Positions 7,773 to 17,238 are shown, counted from the first letter of the stretch. The stretch: DNA of 46,218 bases from Candidatus Woesearchaeota archaeon (GCA_964497715.1 CAZCDH010000002.1:2810-49027); one strand, 5' to 3'. Numbers and translations are program-made. The notes: generated by a model from the sequence alone, not told the origin.

Positions 7773-8381
7773 TTAAAGCTTTCGTTTTAGGACCCAACAA
7801 CCAACTCTAACAGCATATTCGCCTTTTTTATGAAATTGCATAGTTTGTTTCAAAATAAATTTGAATTCCATTATACCATCAATAAGAAATCCGTGATCTT
7901 TACTAAGCGCTTTTATGAAATTTCCACTCTCAATTTTGTGTAATGAATAGATTTTATCAGAAAGTTCCATTGATTTCTCCAAAAAAACCTTATCTGCATG
8001 CTCATTCTGAACACCGAAAGGAGGATTCATTAGAACACAATCTACTTTCTCAGAAAATTTAGATATATCGCTATTAACAAACACTCCTTCAACCTCACTA
8101 TTTTCCGAGTTCTTTTTGGCAACCTCTATAGAGTTTTTATCAATATCAACAAAATAAACTTTTTTTGCTCCGAGAATTAAAGCACCTATACCAAAAATTC
8201 CATTACCGCAACCAAAATCTGCAACAATTTTATCTTCTATATCTCCAGACATATAAGCGTGCCACAAAATATGTGCAGCACTATCTGAGTCAGTAGGATA
8301 CTGTTCCAAACTAGCACTCACAAATTCTTGTTTCTTTAGTTTGGACAAAAAAATAGCCAAAGATTTTTTATTTAATTTCAT
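7773..8381 (-). CDS. SAM-dependent RNA methyltransferase, METTL5/COG2263-like
   Basis: Contains the SAM-binding motif DFGCGNGIFGIGA and an NPPFG motif. The position next to rpoL is common in archaea. Confidence 0.7.
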   Translation of the reverse strand: MKLNKKSLAIFLSKLKKQEFVSASLEQYPTDSDSAAHILWHAYMSGDIEDKIVADFGCGNGIFGIGALILGAKKVYFVDIDKNSIEVAKKNSENSEVEGVFVNSDISKFSEKVDCVLMNPPFGVQNEHADKVFLEKSMELSDKIYSLHKIESGNFIKALSKDHGFLIDGIMEFKFILKQTMQFHKKGEYAVRVGCWVLKRKL

Positions 8382-8844
8382 CGTCCTTCAACAAATCACC
8401 AATAGTAACAGCATTATCTTTAAAATCTATAGACTCATCTTTCTTAATAATATTTTGTTCAAATTGACTTATCAATGTAATATTCAAAAAGACTTCAAGC
8501 TTTTTTGCCAATTTAAAACTAGGCTTTAATTTATTGCTTTCCAATTGATGGATTACAGAAACTTTTTCAGCAATATCTTTGGCAAGATCTTCTTGTTTTA
8601 GGCCTCTTTTCTCTCTTGCCTTTTTAATCTTCTCAGAATAATCGTCAACAACACAATCTATCATCTCAACAGAAGGTTTTGTCTTGAGTTCCTTCTCCCG
8701 TTCTATTTTTTTATCAACAACAGGTTGGTTAATAGTAACAACATGACCATAACTAGAACACTCTAAACACACCCTCATATTAGCCCCTTCTACAATAGAA
8801 TCGACCACATCTCCTTCTTTCCCACACATCTCGCAAATTGCCAT
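8368..8844 (-). CDS. mbf1: Multiprotein bridging factor 1 (Zn ribbon + HTH_3)
   Basis: N-terminal CEMCG...CLEC zinc ribbon and a C-terminal Cro/C1-type HTH (RGLKQEDLAKDIAEKVSVIHQLESNK). Confidence 0.8.
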   Translation of the reverse strand: MAICEMCGKEGDVVDSIVEGANMRVCLECSSYGHVVTINQPVVDKKIEREKELKTKPSVEMIDCVVDDYSEKIKKAREKRGLKQEDLAKDIAEKVSVIHQLESNKLKPSFKLAKKLEVFLNITLISQFEQNIIKKDESIDFKDNAVTIGDLLKDDEIK

Positions 8845-8883
8845 AGTTATTTAGTAGTTAATTAAAAATTAAAAAGATTATGG

Positions 8884-9540
8884 TTATAGAAAATACTCTA
8901 TATCTTCAAGTTCAGAAAATCCACGAATAACATTATCATTTATCACAATGCTTGGGAAACTATCTATACCATACAAGGACTTCAAAATTCCTACCTCTTC
9001 AGATTCAAGATCATAATCAAATGAATAAACTCGCACAGAAGAAGGGTTCTCACTTTTTATGTAACTTAGAATGAAACCTTGCCTCTCACAATCCTCGCAT
9101 AAATCATTACCTTGGGAATCTTCTTTATTGGAATAGAAGTACAAAATAAGGTCATAATCTGAACCACACTCCTCCTTAATCTTCTTATAATGTAACCAAT
9201 CATAAATCTCTAAAAGAGTATAATATTTCTTCAAGTCCATAACCTTTTGATGAGTTTTTCCTAGCTTAGTTTCCAACTGCATTATTTCTGCAGAAACATA
9301 ACCAAACTCATTTTTCACAAAAGAATCAGACTTATAATCACAAATTTTGTCTTCAAGAAGGGCATTTCTTAATTCTAATCTAAACATATCATACCTAGTT
9401 TCATCATTAAACCTATCAACATGTTCAACAAACATTCGATCAGCAACCATACCAAATAAAAATGCAACAACAAAAATTAAACCAGTTATAACAAACGCCA
9501 GAATATAATTCTTTTTTGTAACTGTTCTTTTAACTACCAT
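8884..9540 (-). CDS. Membrane-anchored thioredoxin-fold protein with CxxC (putative extracytoplasmic thiol:disulfide oxidoreductase)
   Basis: One N-terminal TM segment (YILAFVITGLIFVVAFLFGMV). The C-terminal part reads LILYFYS...CEDC...VRVYSFD...FPSIVINDNVIRGF, consistent with a Trx fold (CxxC plus a cis-Pro strand). Confidence 0.5.
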   Translation of the reverse strand: MVVKRTVTKKNYILAFVITGLIFVVAFLFGMVADRMFVEHVDRFNDETRYDMFRLELRNALLEDKICDYKSDSFVKNEFGYVSAEIMQLETKLGKTHQKVMDLKKYYTLLEIYDWLHYKKIKEECGSDYDLILYFYSNKEDSQGNDLCEDCERQGFILSYIKSENPSSVRVYSFDYDLESEEVGILKSLYGIDSFPSIVINDNVIRGFSELEDIEYFL

Positions 9541-10787
9541 TTTTGTTTTTTACCAAATATCATATCTATCAGGATTCCAAGCCAAACAAACACAAGGAAC
9601 AAACCATATACAACTAAGTATAATGGAAGGAGAATCCACTTTTCTTTAAATAACTTTTCCTCATGATGATTTATTGCAGAAAACAACAATACCATCAGAG
9701 TAGTCGTAGCAAAGATCATCAAAAGAATATTTGCATACTCTATACTAAACCACCAGAATCCGGAAAAATCAATAAAATGTAAAATATCAAAATTAATATC
9801 ATAAAGATTAATAAAAAAATCATAAATATTACTAACTAATTTTACGATACCTATCATCATCAGTACTAAGACTAACCACCCCATAGCAAAAAATGCAGGA
9901 AATTGTAATAGACCAAAATCACCATACTGTTTATTAAAAATCATAGACCTATATTTCAAAGTATTGTAAAATCCACCCTTATACCATCGATTTCTCTGTT
10001 TGTAAAAACTTTTCCAAGTTTCAGGGGCAGAAGTTTCAACAACAACTTTATTATTCTGACGAATTCTTTTATGATGTTTCTGTAAATTTAAACTTAATTC
10101 TAAATCCTCTGTCAAATTATCCTCATCAAATCCTCCAATTTCATCAATATCTTTTTTCTTATAGACACTAAAAGGTCCTGGAGAAACCGGGATACAATCT
10201 ACAAAATCCATAATATATTTATAGAAAAATGTTACAAGATATTCAATCCATTGATATTTTAGAAGACTATTAAATGGATCTCTAACTTTTATGGCTGGAA
10301 GAACACACGCAGTATCTTTATCAATAGAAAATGTAGGTAACATCTCCATCAAAGCATTTTTTCCAACTGTAGAGTCTGCATCAAAAACAACAAAATACTC
10401 GCCTTTGGCCATCTTAAGAGCGATATTCAAAACAGCGCCCTTACCACGATTTGGTTTGCTAACTAATTTTATATTTCTATCTTTATGTTCCTTAATAATC
10501 TTCTCAACAACTTTTTTTGTACCATCTGAACTTCCATCATCCATAACAAAAAGTTCAATTTTATCGCTAGGATAATCTAAATTCAAAACAGAGAGAATAG
10601 TTTTCTTAATTCTTTTCTCTTCATTATATGCAGGAATAGCAATACTAACAAGAGGAAACTTTTTCAAACTCTTTACAACCAAAGGTTTTGCACTCTCCTT
10701 ATCAAGATATGTAAGTAACCAAAATACCAATAAATACAAACTGATAAATGTTACAAACCAATAAAATATCATATATGTCGACATCAT
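9534..10787 (-). CDS. Family 2 glycosyltransferase, processive (cellulose/chitin/PNAG-synthase-like), multi-TM
   Basis: Motifs DDGSSDGT, FDADS, TEDLELS and QRNRW (QxxRW), with an N-terminal TM and a C-terminal TM bundle. Confidence 0.8.
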   Translation of the reverse strand: MMSTYMIFYWFVTFISLYLLVFWLLTYLDKESAKPLVVKSLKKFPLVSIAIPAYNEEKRIKKTILSVLNLDYPSDKIELFVMDDGSSDGTKKVVEKIIKEHKDRNIKLVSKPNRGKGAVLNIALKMAKGEYFVVFDADSTVGKNALMEMLPTFSIDKDTACVLPAIKVRDPFNSLLKYQWIEYLVTFFYKYIMDFVDCIPVSPGPFSVYKKKDIDEIGGFDEDNLTEDLELSLNLQKHHKRIRQNNKVVVETSAPETWKSFYKQRNRWYKGGFYNTLKYRSMIFNKQYGDFGLLQFPAFFAMGWLVLVLMMIGIVKLVSNIYDFFINLYDINFDILHFIDFSGFWWFSIEYANILLMIFATTTLMVLLFSAINHHEEKLFKEKWILLPLYLVVYGLFLVFVWLGILIDMIFGKKQKW

Positions 10788-10819
10788 GTAATTTCGAGAA
10801 TTACTAAAAACTTTTAAGA

Positions 10820-11158
10820 CTATCTAACAATGAAATAAATTCCAGAAAGAATCAAAAAAACACCAAACCAATTAAATGGATTAATTTTTTCTCCCAAAAA
10901 TACAGAAGCAAAAATCATAACCCAAATATAACTAGTAGCAATTACTGGATAGAGTAAAGAAACCTCTCCAAATTTTAAAGCAAAGATAAATAAAACTGTG
11001 GCAAGAGCATACAAAAATAATCCCAATAATATATGATAATTAGTTAATATACTAAAGTCTAATTTTGCACTAGGTGCACCAAGTTTGAAGAAAATCTGGC
11101 CAATAGCACCAAGAAAAGCACAGAAAGCTACAAATAAAATCAAAATATATTTCTCCAT
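10820..11158 (-). CDS. Small 4-TM EamA/SMR-like transporter (ArnE/ArnF-type flippase subunit-like)
   Basis: 112 aa with four hydrophobic helices. It is sandwiched between glycosyltransferase genes. Confidence 0.55.
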   Translation of the reverse strand: MEKYILILFVAFCAFLGAIGQIFFKLGAPSAKLDFSILTNYHILLGLFLYALATVLFIFALKFGEVSLLYPVIATSYIWVMIFASVFLGEKINPFNWFGVFLILSGIYFIVR

Positions 11159-11164
11159 CTTAAA

Positions 11165-11857
11165 TTAGTTAGAGTACCTACCTTTTAAATTATTTTTCAT
11201 TATCTTGAAAAGCTCAAAAAGAGTAATAAGATAGTGAATAGGTTTAACTTTACTTCCTTCTACATTCTTCCAGACAACAGGGACCTCTTTAATTTTAATA
11301 TTATCTTTTTGTGCCAAAAACAGAATCTCAAAATCAAAACCAAATCCCTCAATAGTTTGTTTACTAAATAAACTATTGGCCACATCAGATTCATATAATT
11401 TAAATCCGCACTGTGTATCTTTTATTCCTTTGACAACAGATCTAATCAGCAGATTTCCAATACGGCCAAGTAATTTTCTAAAAATATTATTTTGAACTTC
11501 AGAATCTGCCAAAGCTCTCGAACCAATAACGATCGAATAAGAACTCATATACTTTTTCAACTTATCAAATTCTTCAATAGGTGTAGAAAGATCTGCATCA
11601 CTAAATAAAATCAAATCACCACTAGCCATAGCAACCCCTTCTTTTACAGAATATCCTTTCCCTTTATTTTCTCTTTTTTTATTTAATTTAATAGAATTAA
11701 ATCTCTCAACAACAGAACGAGTACCATCACTACTACCGTCATCTACAACAATGATCTCATGAAGATCATCCTTAAAGAATTCAGAAATCTTTTCAAGAGT
11801 ACTAACTATCCTTTTCTCTTCATTATATGCAGGAATTATTATTGAAACTTTAGACAT
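11165..11857 (-). CDS. Family 2 glycosyltransferase, polyprenyl/dolichyl-phosphate sugar synthase-like
   Basis: Contains VSIIIPAYNEE, VDDGSSDGT and SDADLS motifs. It is soluble and 230 aa, like DPM1/ArnC/AglD-type enzymes. Confidence 0.8.
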   Translation of the reverse strand: MSKVSIIIPAYNEEKRIVSTLEKISEFFKDDLHEIIVVDDGSSDGTRSVVERFNSIKLNKKRENKGKGYSVKEGVAMASGDLILFSDADLSTPIEEFDKLKKYMSSYSIVIGSRALADSEVQNNIFRKLLGRIGNLLIRSVVKGIKDTQCGFKLYESDVANSLFSKQTIEGFGFDFEILFLAQKDNIKIKEVPVVWKNVEGSKVKPIHYLITLFELFKIMKNNLKGRYSN

Positions 11858-13217
11858 TTTTATTCCTCAAAACATATTCTTCACACCAACTTGAATTATC
11901 ATAAAAAACAACATCATAATATCTTTTGAAATATTCTAACGGAAATTCTCCTTCAAAATCACACGAAGAATAGAATATACATCCAATACCATTAACTTGA
12001 GATCTTATTTGTGGAGTGGTCCAAGCCCCATAATATGGTTGAACATTATTCCAATGAACGGCCGCCAGAGGACTAGAGCTAGCTACCCTTACATTTTCAG
12101 AACAATATTCTAACAGTTCAGGAACATTCTCTTCGGCATAGAATTGGAGGACATCATTAGTATAGGGGAGAAGACCAAAAGTACTGAATGATACAATAAG
12201 ATAAAGAGCAAGTAAGACATATCTAGCTTTCTTAAATTTAAAATTAACAAAACCCAAACCAATTATTAGACAGATAGCAAATAATATCGGAGTGGTATAC
12301 CTCTCCTCCCTCATAGAAACAAAAAGCTGAAGGAATCCTCCAAAAATCAACATAGGAATCAAAACAAAGAATAATTTTTTCTCATTCATCTTCTTAAAAA
12401 AATGATACAATCCACTTACAAAAAATACCAATAAAAAATTAAAAAATAAAAATAAAAATACTATGTAGAACCAATCATACTGAGTTATCAAAATTGGCAC
12501 ACCATGATTAGTAGATATTGATGACAGTCCAGCTTTCAGAGAAATGAAAGCATCACCGAATTTAATATAATTATAATATAAGTACACACCAAGCATAGCA
12601 AATGCAGTTAAATTAAATCCAAAAAATCTACGAATGGATTTTGTCCTTCTTTTAATAACGTCCCAACCAAGTTTCAAACTAAGTGGAACTAATAAAACTG
12701 CAACAGGATACCTTATCAGCATTGCGAAACCTGCCAAAAATCCAGCTAAAACAGAATTAATAAATCCTCGTTTCAATATAAGATAATAAGCAAAAAGAAT
12801 GAAAAATGTAGCAGGAATACTAGAATATAATCTAAAACCCAAGAAAAAAAACAGAGCATTAAAGGCCAGAACAAAACTTGCAATCAAAGCAACTTTCTTA
12901 TCAAAAATTTTCTTACCTATTAAATAAACCAAATAAATAATTCCAAGATTACAAAACACTTCAAAAATTCTACCAAACAAAACAACATCTAAACCAAGCT
13001 TCCAAAAAATACCAAAAATAAATGGCAAACCTATGGGCCTTAAAAATTCCCAGAATCCAAAAGTTCCAAACATACTTTTTGCCATTCCAATATATACTGC
13101 AGAGTCCCACCAAATACCATTAAATCTGTTAAAGAAAATTAATCTAAGAATAATAGTAGATATAAGAATAAAAAATATGAATTTATTTTCAATAAAAAAT
13201 CTTTTTAGCTTAACCAT
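11850..13217 (-). CDS. GT-C fold glycosyltransferase (ArnT/PMT_2, GT39/GT83-like)
   Basis: More than 10 TM helices in the N-terminal ~350 aa, WWDSAVY in the first loop, and a soluble C-terminal domain. Overlaps the downstream GT2 gene by 8 nt. Confidence 0.7.
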   Translation of the reverse strand: MVKLKRFFIENKFIFFILISTIILRLIFFNRFNGIWWDSAVYIGMAKSMFGTFGFWEFLRPIGLPFIFGIFWKLGLDVVLFGRIFEVFCNLGIIYLVYLIGKKIFDKKVALIASFVLAFNALFFFLGFRLYSSIPATFFILFAYYLILKRGFINSVLAGFLAGFAMLIRYPVAVLLVPLSLKLGWDVIKRRTKSIRRFFGFNLTAFAMLGVYLYYNYIKFGDAFISLKAGLSSISTNHGVPILITQYDWFYIVFLFLFFNFLLVFFVSGLYHFFKKMNEKKLFFVLIPMLIFGGFLQLFVSMREERYTTPILFAICLIIGLGFVNFKFKKARYVLLALYLIVSFSTFGLLPYTNDVLQFYAEENVPELLEYCSENVRVASSSPLAAVHWNNVQPYYGAWTTPQIRSQVNGIGCIFYSSCDFEGEFPLEYFKRYYDVVFYDNSSWCEEYVLRNKNV

Positions 13218-13223
13218 GTAGGA

Positions 13224-13718
13224 TCACTCCGAAATATCACCAAACTTTGATTTCAATTCTTCTTGTACAACATCAAAATAATCATAAAATTTCTGAGTTA
13301 ACTTCAAGAGTTTTGTTCTTCCAAATTTTTCAGAAGTAACAAACCCTTCTTCTTTTAATTTTCTAATGTGATCATAACATTTATTCCCACGAACTGAAAC
13401 AACATCACATTGAATTGCAGGTTGTTTATATGCGACCACTGCCAAAGTTTTTTGAGTCGGCATATCAAGCTCAGCATTATCTAATAATTTCTCAGTTAAA
13501 TAAAGATAACTCTTCTTTATGTTTAATTTCCATTTACCTGCCTCTTCAATTATCTCCAAAGCAGATTCTCTCCCCTCATAATCCTTTTGAACCTCTTTAA
13601 TCAGTGTTCTTAAATAACCTGCACTACCAATACCACATAATGCACTTAGCTCTTCGAACTTTAGAAATCTACCAGTTGTAAAAAGTACAGCCTCTATTTT
13701 ATTTTTGTCATTAGACAT
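13224..13718 (-). CDS. scpB: Segregation and condensation protein B
   Basis: Two winged-helix repeats: IEAVLFTTGRFLKFEELSALCG... and ...TLAVVAYKQPAIQCDVVSVRG. Confidence 0.75.
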   Translation of the reverse strand: MSNDKNKIEAVLFTTGRFLKFEELSALCGIGSAGYLRTLIKEVQKDYEGRESALEIIEEAGKWKLNIKKSYLYLTEKLLDNAELDMPTQKTLAVVAYKQPAIQCDVVSVRGNKCYDHIRKLKEEGFVTSEKFGRTKLLKLTQKFYDYFDVVQEELKSKFGDISE

Positions 13719-13751
13719 AACTCAGAAATAGCAAGAAAGGATTTAAATAAT

Positions 13752-14843
13752 TTACTGAAGTTCATATCTTAAGAATGCTGCAACTTTTCCAATATTTCTT
13801 AATTGTTCACCCTCACGAGTCTCAACAGAAATCATAATAATCTCTGCACCAGTATCAACAGCTTTTTGTTCAAGTTTATCAATTAATTCTTGATCAGTTT
13901 TCTCAGAAACAAGAATTTTTTGAACTGCAGCCTTATCTAATGCATCAATCACATCTTTTTCACCATAGCAAACTTTCTTTGAACCTTTTGCAAGTTCAGA
14001 AAAGAAATCTTCCATTATTTGTTTCTCTTCAATTATGCTCTCTTCAGCAAGAGCCTCACTACTCTTATCAACAAGCTCATTCAAACCAAACTCTCCAGTA
14101 TAACTAAGGTCCTGAACACTTTTTATTTTAGCCTTAATTCGTGTATCCATGTAATATCCATCAATAAAATACTCCTTAGTAGGACCAGGACCACCAACTA
14201 AAAGTCCTTTCATATCTTTCAACTCTAAGAACTCTTTATTTACAGCATCGCCAATTCTCTTAAAGAACTCATGCATTGCTTCTTCTCTTAATCTAGCATA
14301 TCTCTGTTGACTCTGACCACCCTTTGTGGTTTTCCCAGGAACATTTGAAGTAAAGCTAGCCAATTCAACAATTGCAGTCCCTTTTAACATACCAATATTT
14401 CCTTCACGCCTATCAACAACAAGAAGGCCATAAGATTCTTTGTGCTCCATCATATCTTTAAGAATATCAGTAACAAATCTTTGATCACATCTGTATAACC
14501 TAGTCTGTAAAGGTTGAGGAGGTTCAACACTAAAAACTTCTATCTTAATTTGACTCTCATTTTTAGAAATATTTCCTGCGAATACAGCAAGACCATTTTC
14601 TGGAGTTTTTTTATATAATCTAAGATGACGAATAACTTTCTCAATACTATCTATAACATTTTTTCTAGTTCTAGCATCTTTAATATTTGTAGCAGTGTGC
14701 TGCTCTTGAGAGAGATGTGCAATAATCTTATGAAGAGAATATCCTACAGGAATATAATAACTAACCAACTCGGTATGCCTTCCCCTATTAGAATCTAATT
14801 CATTAACAAATTTTTTCAACTTTAACTTTTCTTTCGTATCCAT
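13752..14843 (-). CDS. prf1: Peptide chain release factor aRF1
   Basis: GGQSQQRYARL (GGQ), YRCDQRF (YxCxxxF), and TATNIKD in place of the usual NIKS. Confidence 0.85.
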   Translation of the reverse strand: MDTKEKLKLKKFVNELDSNRGRHTELVSYYIPVGYSLHKIIAHLSQEQHTATNIKDARTRKNVIDSIEKVIRHLRLYKKTPENGLAVFAGNISKNESQIKIEVFSVEPPQPLQTRLYRCDQRFVTDILKDMMEHKESYGLLVVDRREGNIGMLKGTAIVELASFTSNVPGKTTKGGQSQQRYARLREEAMHEFFKRIGDAVNKEFLELKDMKGLLVGGPGPTKEYFIDGYYMDTRIKAKIKSVQDLSYTGEFGLNELVDKSSEALAEESIIEEKQIMEDFFSELAKGSKKVCYGEKDVIDALDKAAVQKILVSEKTDQELIDKLEQKAVDTGAEIIMISVETREGEQLRNIGKVAAFLRYELQ

Positions 14844-14844
14844 C

Positions 14845-17238
14845 TTAAAATAGTATTCTTAGTTTACTTCCAACTTCAATATCTTTTGCACAACTAACAG
14901 ATTTCAAGTCACCTAAACTATCTCTCAATAAACTTTCATCATCTGCACAAAGAGTTAGAGAAATCTCTGCTTTTAAAGATTTGTTATGTTTTGCCTTAGT
15001 CTGCCTAATCTCCGTAATTACTTCAACAAATCTATCCCAAACCCCTTCATTATGTTCATCTTTCAGTTGTTTATCATATTTACTAAACTCAGAGATATGA
15101 ATACTTTCACAATCTTCAAATTTGTATAGGTGATAAATCTCCTCTGTAATGTAAGGCATAATTGGAGCAAATAATTTTAAACTATTTAGAATCAAATATT
15201 TCAAAGTGTATTGTGCACTTCTTCTTGAACTCTCTCCGCGACTATCAGGATTGTATAACCTATCTTTAGCAATCTCTAAATAATTATCACAAATCTGATT
15301 CCAGAAAAAAGACTCTGTAAGAGATTTTGCTTTAGAATACTCATATTTTCCAAAAAGTTCATGCACTTCTTTTACCATATTATTAAACTTAGATAAAATT
15401 CCCTTATCTATAGAATCTAATTTTGTAGATTTATTATCAAAATCTTCAAGATGCATAATAGAGAATTTAGATGCATTCCACAATTTATTAATCATCTTTA
15501 CACCAGTCATAACATCATCTTCAAGATATGAATAATCTTTCCCTAAAGATGAACCTGATGCCCAGAATCTCATAGCATCTGCACCATACTTATCTAATAT
15601 TGTCCGAGGATTAACAACATTGCCTTTTGACTTTGACATCTTCTCCTTATTCGGATCAAGAACAAATCCAGAGATAGCAACATCTTTCCAAGGAATCTCA
15701 CCACAATTATAAATTCCTTTAACAATAGTATAAAACGCCCAAGTTCTAATTATATCATGTGCTTGTGGCCTCAAAGACATAGGATACATTTTTTCAAATT
15801 TAACATTATTATACTCGCTACTTTTATCTCCTGCCCAGTTTAAAACAATCTGAGGAGTTAAAGAGGAAGTTGCCCAAGTATCCATAACATCTTGTTCAGG
15901 AACAAAATTATCAGAACCGCAAGAACATTTCTTCAAAGGTTTATCTTTAAATGGATCAACAGGTAATTGTTTTTCATCAGCAATAATCTCAGAACCACAA
16001 TCTTCACAATGCCAAAGAGGAAAAGAGATTCCATAAAATCTCTGTCTAGAAATGCTCCAATCCCAACTTAAGTTTTTTACCCAATTAACATATCTTGTTT
16101 TCATAAATTCAGGATACCAATTTATTTTATCAGCAGCCTTAATCAATTTAGTTTTATTTTTAAGAACTTCAATAAACCACTGTTTTGAAGCTAGAAATTC
16201 TATCTCGGTTCCACATTTATCATGAACATTAACAGCATGCTCAATAGATTTTGTATTAACCAATAATTTTTCATTTTCTAAATCTTCTAAAATCTTCAGC
16301 CTTGCCTCTTTTAATTTTAAACCAGAATAAGAATTAGCAAGATCATTCATTTTACCTTCTTTAGTTAAAACAATACGTGGATCTAAATCTCTTTTAGAGA
16401 TTGCTTCAACATCATACTTATCACCATAACTACAAATCATCAAAACACCTGTACCTTTTTCAGGATCAGCAGATTCATCAGCAAAAATAGGGACTTCATA
16501 ATCGAATAATGGAACCTTAGCACTCTTACCAACAATTTTTTTATATTTTTTATCCTCTGGATGCACATAAATACAAACACATGCTGGAATCAATTCTGGA
16601 CGAGTAGTAGAGACTACCAAATCTTTTCCATCAACTTTAAAAACAATATCATTAAAACTTGATTTGAAATTTTTATCTTCCAACTCGGCCTGAGCAATAG
16701 CAGTTTTACAATTAACACACCACATGGTTGGTGCAGTCTTTAATTTGACTAATTTTTTCTTATACAAATCAATGAAAGACTTTTGAGAAGTTTTCATAGA
16801 ATGTTCATCAATTGTTGAATAAGTTGTATCAAAATCACAACTCATACAGATATTCTTCCAATCTTGGATAAAATCAGGTTTAACTTCTTTAACAGTTTTT
16901 TGACACAATTTAACAAAATCTGATTTACTCATAGAGTTATGTTTGACCTTCTTTAATTTTTCAACCAATCTCTCAGTAGGTAGACCATTATCATCAGTAC
17001 CAAAAGGAAAGAAAACATTCTTACCATTCATCCTATGATACCTAACAAGAAAATCTTGTTGGGAATATGAAAATGCATGTCCAATATGCATATCTCCAGA
17101 AACAGTTGGAGGAGGAGTATCTACAGAATAAATTTCTTTTTTACTCTTTGGATCAAATTTATAGATTCCTTCTTTCTTCCAAAATTCATCCCATTTCTTT
17201 TCAGAAACTTTAAAATCATATTTTTTAGGTAACTTCAT
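14845..17238 (-). CDS. valS: Valyl-tRNA synthetase (class Ia)
   Basis: PPPTVSGDMHIGHAFSY (HIGH), KMSKSKGN (KMSKS) and WCVNCKTAIAQAE. The track start at 17250 is a TTG, so I use the ATG at 17238 (MKLPKKYDF). Assignment as Val rather than Leu/Ile is by motif resemblance only. Confidence 0.8.
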   Translation of the reverse strand: MKLPKKYDFKVSEKKWDEFWKKEGIYKFDPKSKKEIYSVDTPPPTVSGDMHIGHAFSYSQQDFLVRYHRMNGKNVFFPFGTDDNGLPTERLVEKLKKVKHNSMSKSDFVKLCQKTVKEVKPDFIQDWKNICMSCDFDTTYSTIDEHSMKTSQKSFIDLYKKKLVKLKTAPTMWCVNCKTAIAQAELEDKNFKSSFNDIVFKVDGKDLVVSTTRPELIPACVCIYVHPEDKKYKKIVGKSAKVPLFDYEVPIFADESADPEKGTGVLMICSYGDKYDVEAISKRDLDPRIVLTKEGKMNDLANSYSGLKLKEARLKILEDLENEKLLVNTKSIEHAVNVHDKCGTEIEFLASKQWFIEVLKNKTKLIKAADKINWYPEFMKTRYVNWVKNLSWDWSISRQRFYGISFPLWHCEDCGSEIIADEKQLPVDPFKDKPLKKCSCGSDNFVPEQDVMDTWATSSLTPQIVLNWAGDKSSEYNNVKFEKMYPMSLRPQAHDIIRTWAFYTIVKGIYNCGEIPWKDVAISGFVLDPNKEKMSKSKGNVVNPRTILDKYGADAMRFWASGSSLGKDYSYLEDDVMTGVKMINKLWNASKFSIMHLEDFDNKSTKLDSIDKGILSKFNNMVKEVHELFGKYEYSKAKSLTESFFWNQICDNYLEIAKDRLYNPDSRGESSRRSAQYTLKYLILNSLKLFAPIMPYITEEIYHLYKFEDCESIHISEFSKYDKQLKDEHNEGVWDRFVEVITEIRQTKAKHNKSLKAEISLTLCADDESLLRDSLGDLKSVSCAKDIEVGSKLRILF

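Noticed and set aside
10291-10575. 94-aa plus-strand ORF inside the processive GT2 gene. The same applies to other nested track ORFs at 5892..6125, 8341..8529, 13033..13221, 13415..13600, 14019..14201, 19277..19459, 19763..20032, 21533..21817, 23633..23824, 27793..28065, 29004..29315, 30736..30939, 35567..35752, 36133..36450, 37600..37782, 38097..38282, 38484..38717, 40320..40520, 40596..40781, 41119..41307, 43117..43317 and 44291..44491
   Set aside because: Each is nested in or antisense to a longer ORF with motif support or clear export signals. None has independent evidence.
13752-14843. Stop-codon reassignment suggested by the NIKD variant of aRF1
   Set aside because: TAA, TAG and TGA all terminate well-supported ORFs in this window, and no conserved gene shows an in-frame stop.
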